Shown here in pieces: positions 34,635 to 35,649 of a stretch of DNA of 35,649 bases. Both the position numbers and the translations under genes were made by a program. Below the pieces are notes generated by a model. It searched no databases and was not told where the DNA came from. It worked only from the letters and a program-made list of their open reading frames with translations. The DNA comes from Candidatus Subterrananammoxibius californiae (lineage in GTDB: Bacteria; Planctomycetota; Brocadiia; Brocadiales; Subterrananammoxibiaceae): assembly GCA_030586555.1 (NCBI GenBank), contig JAURAC010000016.1:37961-73609 (forward strand). The letters run 5' to 3'. Position 1 is the first letter of the stretch, and each line of letters begins with the position of its first letter.

Positions 34635-35649
34635 ATGAACTCCGAACTCCGAACTCTGAACTCCGAACTATTTAAACAATCTGCCATTTCCATCATTGAA
34701 CGACTGCGGGCATATAGTCATACGGCATTCTTTGCCGGCGGATGCGTGCGGGATATGCTGATGGGAATTGAGCCCACCGACTACGACATAGCAACCGATG
34801 CTCGCCCTGAGGAGATTATTGCTTTGTTTGAGAAGACAATCCCTGTGGGCGCACAGTTCGGGGTCGTAAAGGTTCTTAAGGATGGATTACAGTTTGAGGT
34901 TGCCACCTTTCGTTCGGATAGCACATACAGCAATGGACGCCACCCCGATACGGTAACCTTCAGTGATGCCGAGGGTGATGTTCAAAGGCGTGATTTTACC
35001 ATAAATGGCATGCTCTACGACCCCACAGGTGATAATATTATTGATTACGTTGGTGGAAAAAAAGATATAAAAGCACGGCTTATCCGCACCATCGGCGACC
35101 CTTACAAGAGATTTGAAGAGGATAGACTGCGCATGCTCAGGGCTGTAAGGTTTGCCTGCAAGTTTGATTACCAGATAGAGTCGGAAACGGCACAAGCCGC
35201 CAAGAAATATGCTTCAAAGATACTTACCGTTAGCGCAGAACGCATTCGAGAAGAACTTGAAAAGATAATCACAGGTCCGCACAGGGCAACGGGTCTTAAG
35301 CTCATGGATGAACTTGGACTACTCGGCGAAATCCTTCCAGAGGTTATTGCTATGAAAGGGGTCGAGCAGCCGCCAAATTTTCATCCCGAGGGCGATGTAT
35401 ACGTCCACACACTGCTTTCGCTCTCAAAGTTAGAAGACAATCCTACATGGACGTTAGCAATGGGTGCGCTTCTTCACGATGTCGGAAAACCAGTTACCTT
35501 TACTATTGAAGAAAGAATAAAGTTCCCTTATCACGAATATAGGGGGGAGGAGATGGCTGGTCGGATATGCGACAGGCTCAAGACATCTAAGGCAGAGAAG
35601 GAGCGGATAATGTGGCTTGTTAGAAGACATCTTTGCTTTAAGGATGCGC
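34635..35649 (+). CDS. cca: CCA tRNA nucleotidyltransferase with HD domain, 3'-truncated (absent from the ORF track)
   Basis: AGGCVRD..MG..P.DYDIAT, EVATFRSD, RRDFTINGM, EDRLRMLRAVRF, HPEGDV..H, LLHDVGKP. Confidence 0.92.
   Translation, partial: MNSELRTLNSELFKQSAISIIERLRAYSHTAFFAGGCVRDMLMGIEPTDYDIATDARPEEIIALFEKTIPVGAQFGVVKVLKDGLQFEVATFRSDSTYSNGRHPDTVTFSDAEGDVQRRDFTINGMLYDPTGDNIIDYVGGKKDIKARLIRTIGDPYKRFEEDRLRMLRAVRFACKFDYQIESETAQAAKKYASKILTVSAERIREELEKIITGPHRATGLKLMDELGLLGEILPEVIAMKGVEQPPNFHPEGDVYVHTLLSLSKLEDNPTWTLAMGALLHDVGKPVTFTIEERIKFPYHEYRGEEMAGRICDRLKTSKAEKERIMWLVRRHLCFKDA

Noticed and set aside
34604..34670. Tandem repeats here and at 13488, 19066 and 31355 as a CRISPR array
   Set aside because: Units are 7-9 nt with no unique spacers, and there are no cas genes

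Overview
35.6 kb bacterial chromosomal window. It is probably Planctomycetota/Brocadiales-like, but that is an inference from protein style and was not tested. The housekeeping backbone is nnrE, a PfkB kinase, gltX, recG, aspS, hisS, comF, GT2 plus two ArnT-like GTs, trpG/pabA, pyrF, murD and a partial cca. Accessory patches interrupt it: three type II TA pairs, a Uma2 nuclease, duplicated di-iron (Coq7-like) genes, a small secreted-protein gene bounded by 19-bp inverted repeats and attC-like sites, five secreted proteins (two paralogous Ig-like, three DUF5666-like) with two sigma-54 promoter motifs, and an integrase-less phage-type switch (CI/S24 repressor, divergent small ORFs, AlpA-like HTH). 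The strongest signal is a dense set of short palindromic elements from several families (GTAG-type REPs, TCCGCCTCAGGCGGA, GGTGGCA(C/T)GGACAAAC, CCTGYCTGYG..GCAC, inverted heptamer arrays). They nest inside one another and sit in frame inside coding genes about 20 times (four in murD, three in one ArnT), and several supply stop codons or termini. No transposase, integrase, RT, CRISPR or structural RNA gene is visible.
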